A stretch of 64,000 nucleotides of DNA from Ginglymostoma cirratum (Eukaryota). This document shows positions 63,510-64,000 of the stretch, piece by piece; the first letter of the stretch is position 1; each line of letters starts with the position of its first letter. The DNA lies in the NCBI GenBank assembly GCA_024137785.1, contig JAHRHZ010000223.1, forward strand, positions 15,672,967-15,736,966, read 5' to 3'. The notes under the pieces are model-generated. The model was not told the origin of the DNA and did no database searches. It was given only the letters and a program-made list of their open reading frames with translations. The position numbers and the translations under genes are program-made.

Positions 63510-64000
63510 AACATTCTTTTGTCTCATCCAGAATTAGAAAAGTTCATCAGTTTTGCTTCTGATTTCTAGCCTTTTGTCACCTTCACCTGGTCCATCTCTG
63601 TTTCTTCCTTTCCCTTCTTTGACTTCTCTGTTTCCATTTCTGGGGATAGGCAGTCCACCACAAACCCATTTGACAGTTAAGCTGACGACACTTCCTCACA
63701 TCCTGCTTCCTGTAATGACTCTACTCCATTCCTTGCAGTCAACCTCAGTTCTGCCCTCATCCGTTCCCTCCCTCCAAGAACAACAATAGGGTGCCCTTGA
63801 CACTGTGTTCAAAAGATCACCCTTCAGTATTTCCATCCAGCATTCCCTTTTCCTCCCTTGTCAGCATCTCGCAGGGATTATTTCTCCCCTAACACCTTGA
63901 CCCCCTCCTCTGATACATCTGAACACCTCTTAAACCTCCATGACATCTTCCTATGAATGGTAAAAGGGATAATACATGCCCTTGTACTTTATTCGTCGTC
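63510..64000 (+). mobile_element. Decayed Penelope-like RT fragment
   Basis: SHPELEKFISFASDF*PFVTFTWSISVSSFPFFDFSVSISGDR resembles the Penelope RT motif 6/7 region (F.W......PFLD); then TSSHPASCNDSTPF. Confidence 0.7.

Overview
Eukaryotic, AT-rich vertebrate DNA. The repeat content (HE1-type V-SINEs, CR1/L2/Rex LINE remnants, a DeuSINE, hammerhead-bearing Penelope-like elements, Harbinger remnants) points to a cartilaginous fish, probably a shark. The only host protein-coding gene I can support is a two-exon FOXF1 on the + strand (CDS 28247..29228 + 31695..31855, 380 aa). It sits in a roughly 19 kb CpG-retaining, transposon-poor domain (about 15.3-34.9 kb) with candidate regulatory modules, including a perfect GLI site at 24561 and a possible divergent FENDRR-like lncRNA start near 27.0 kb. 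Both flanks are filled with decayed transposons. The most striking structures are: three ~220-250 bp palindromic Penelope mini-insertions built from back-to-back hammerhead-ribozyme tails, each with a 13-15 bp target-site duplication (TSD); a ~565 bp inverted duplication around a Rex LINE fragment (47980..49737); a tailless 5S rRNA retrocopy with a 14 bp TSD; and an extended CTCF-like site at about 43960. I see no prokaryotic-type system and no clearly new protein-coding system. All calls were made by eye; repeat boundaries are approximate.
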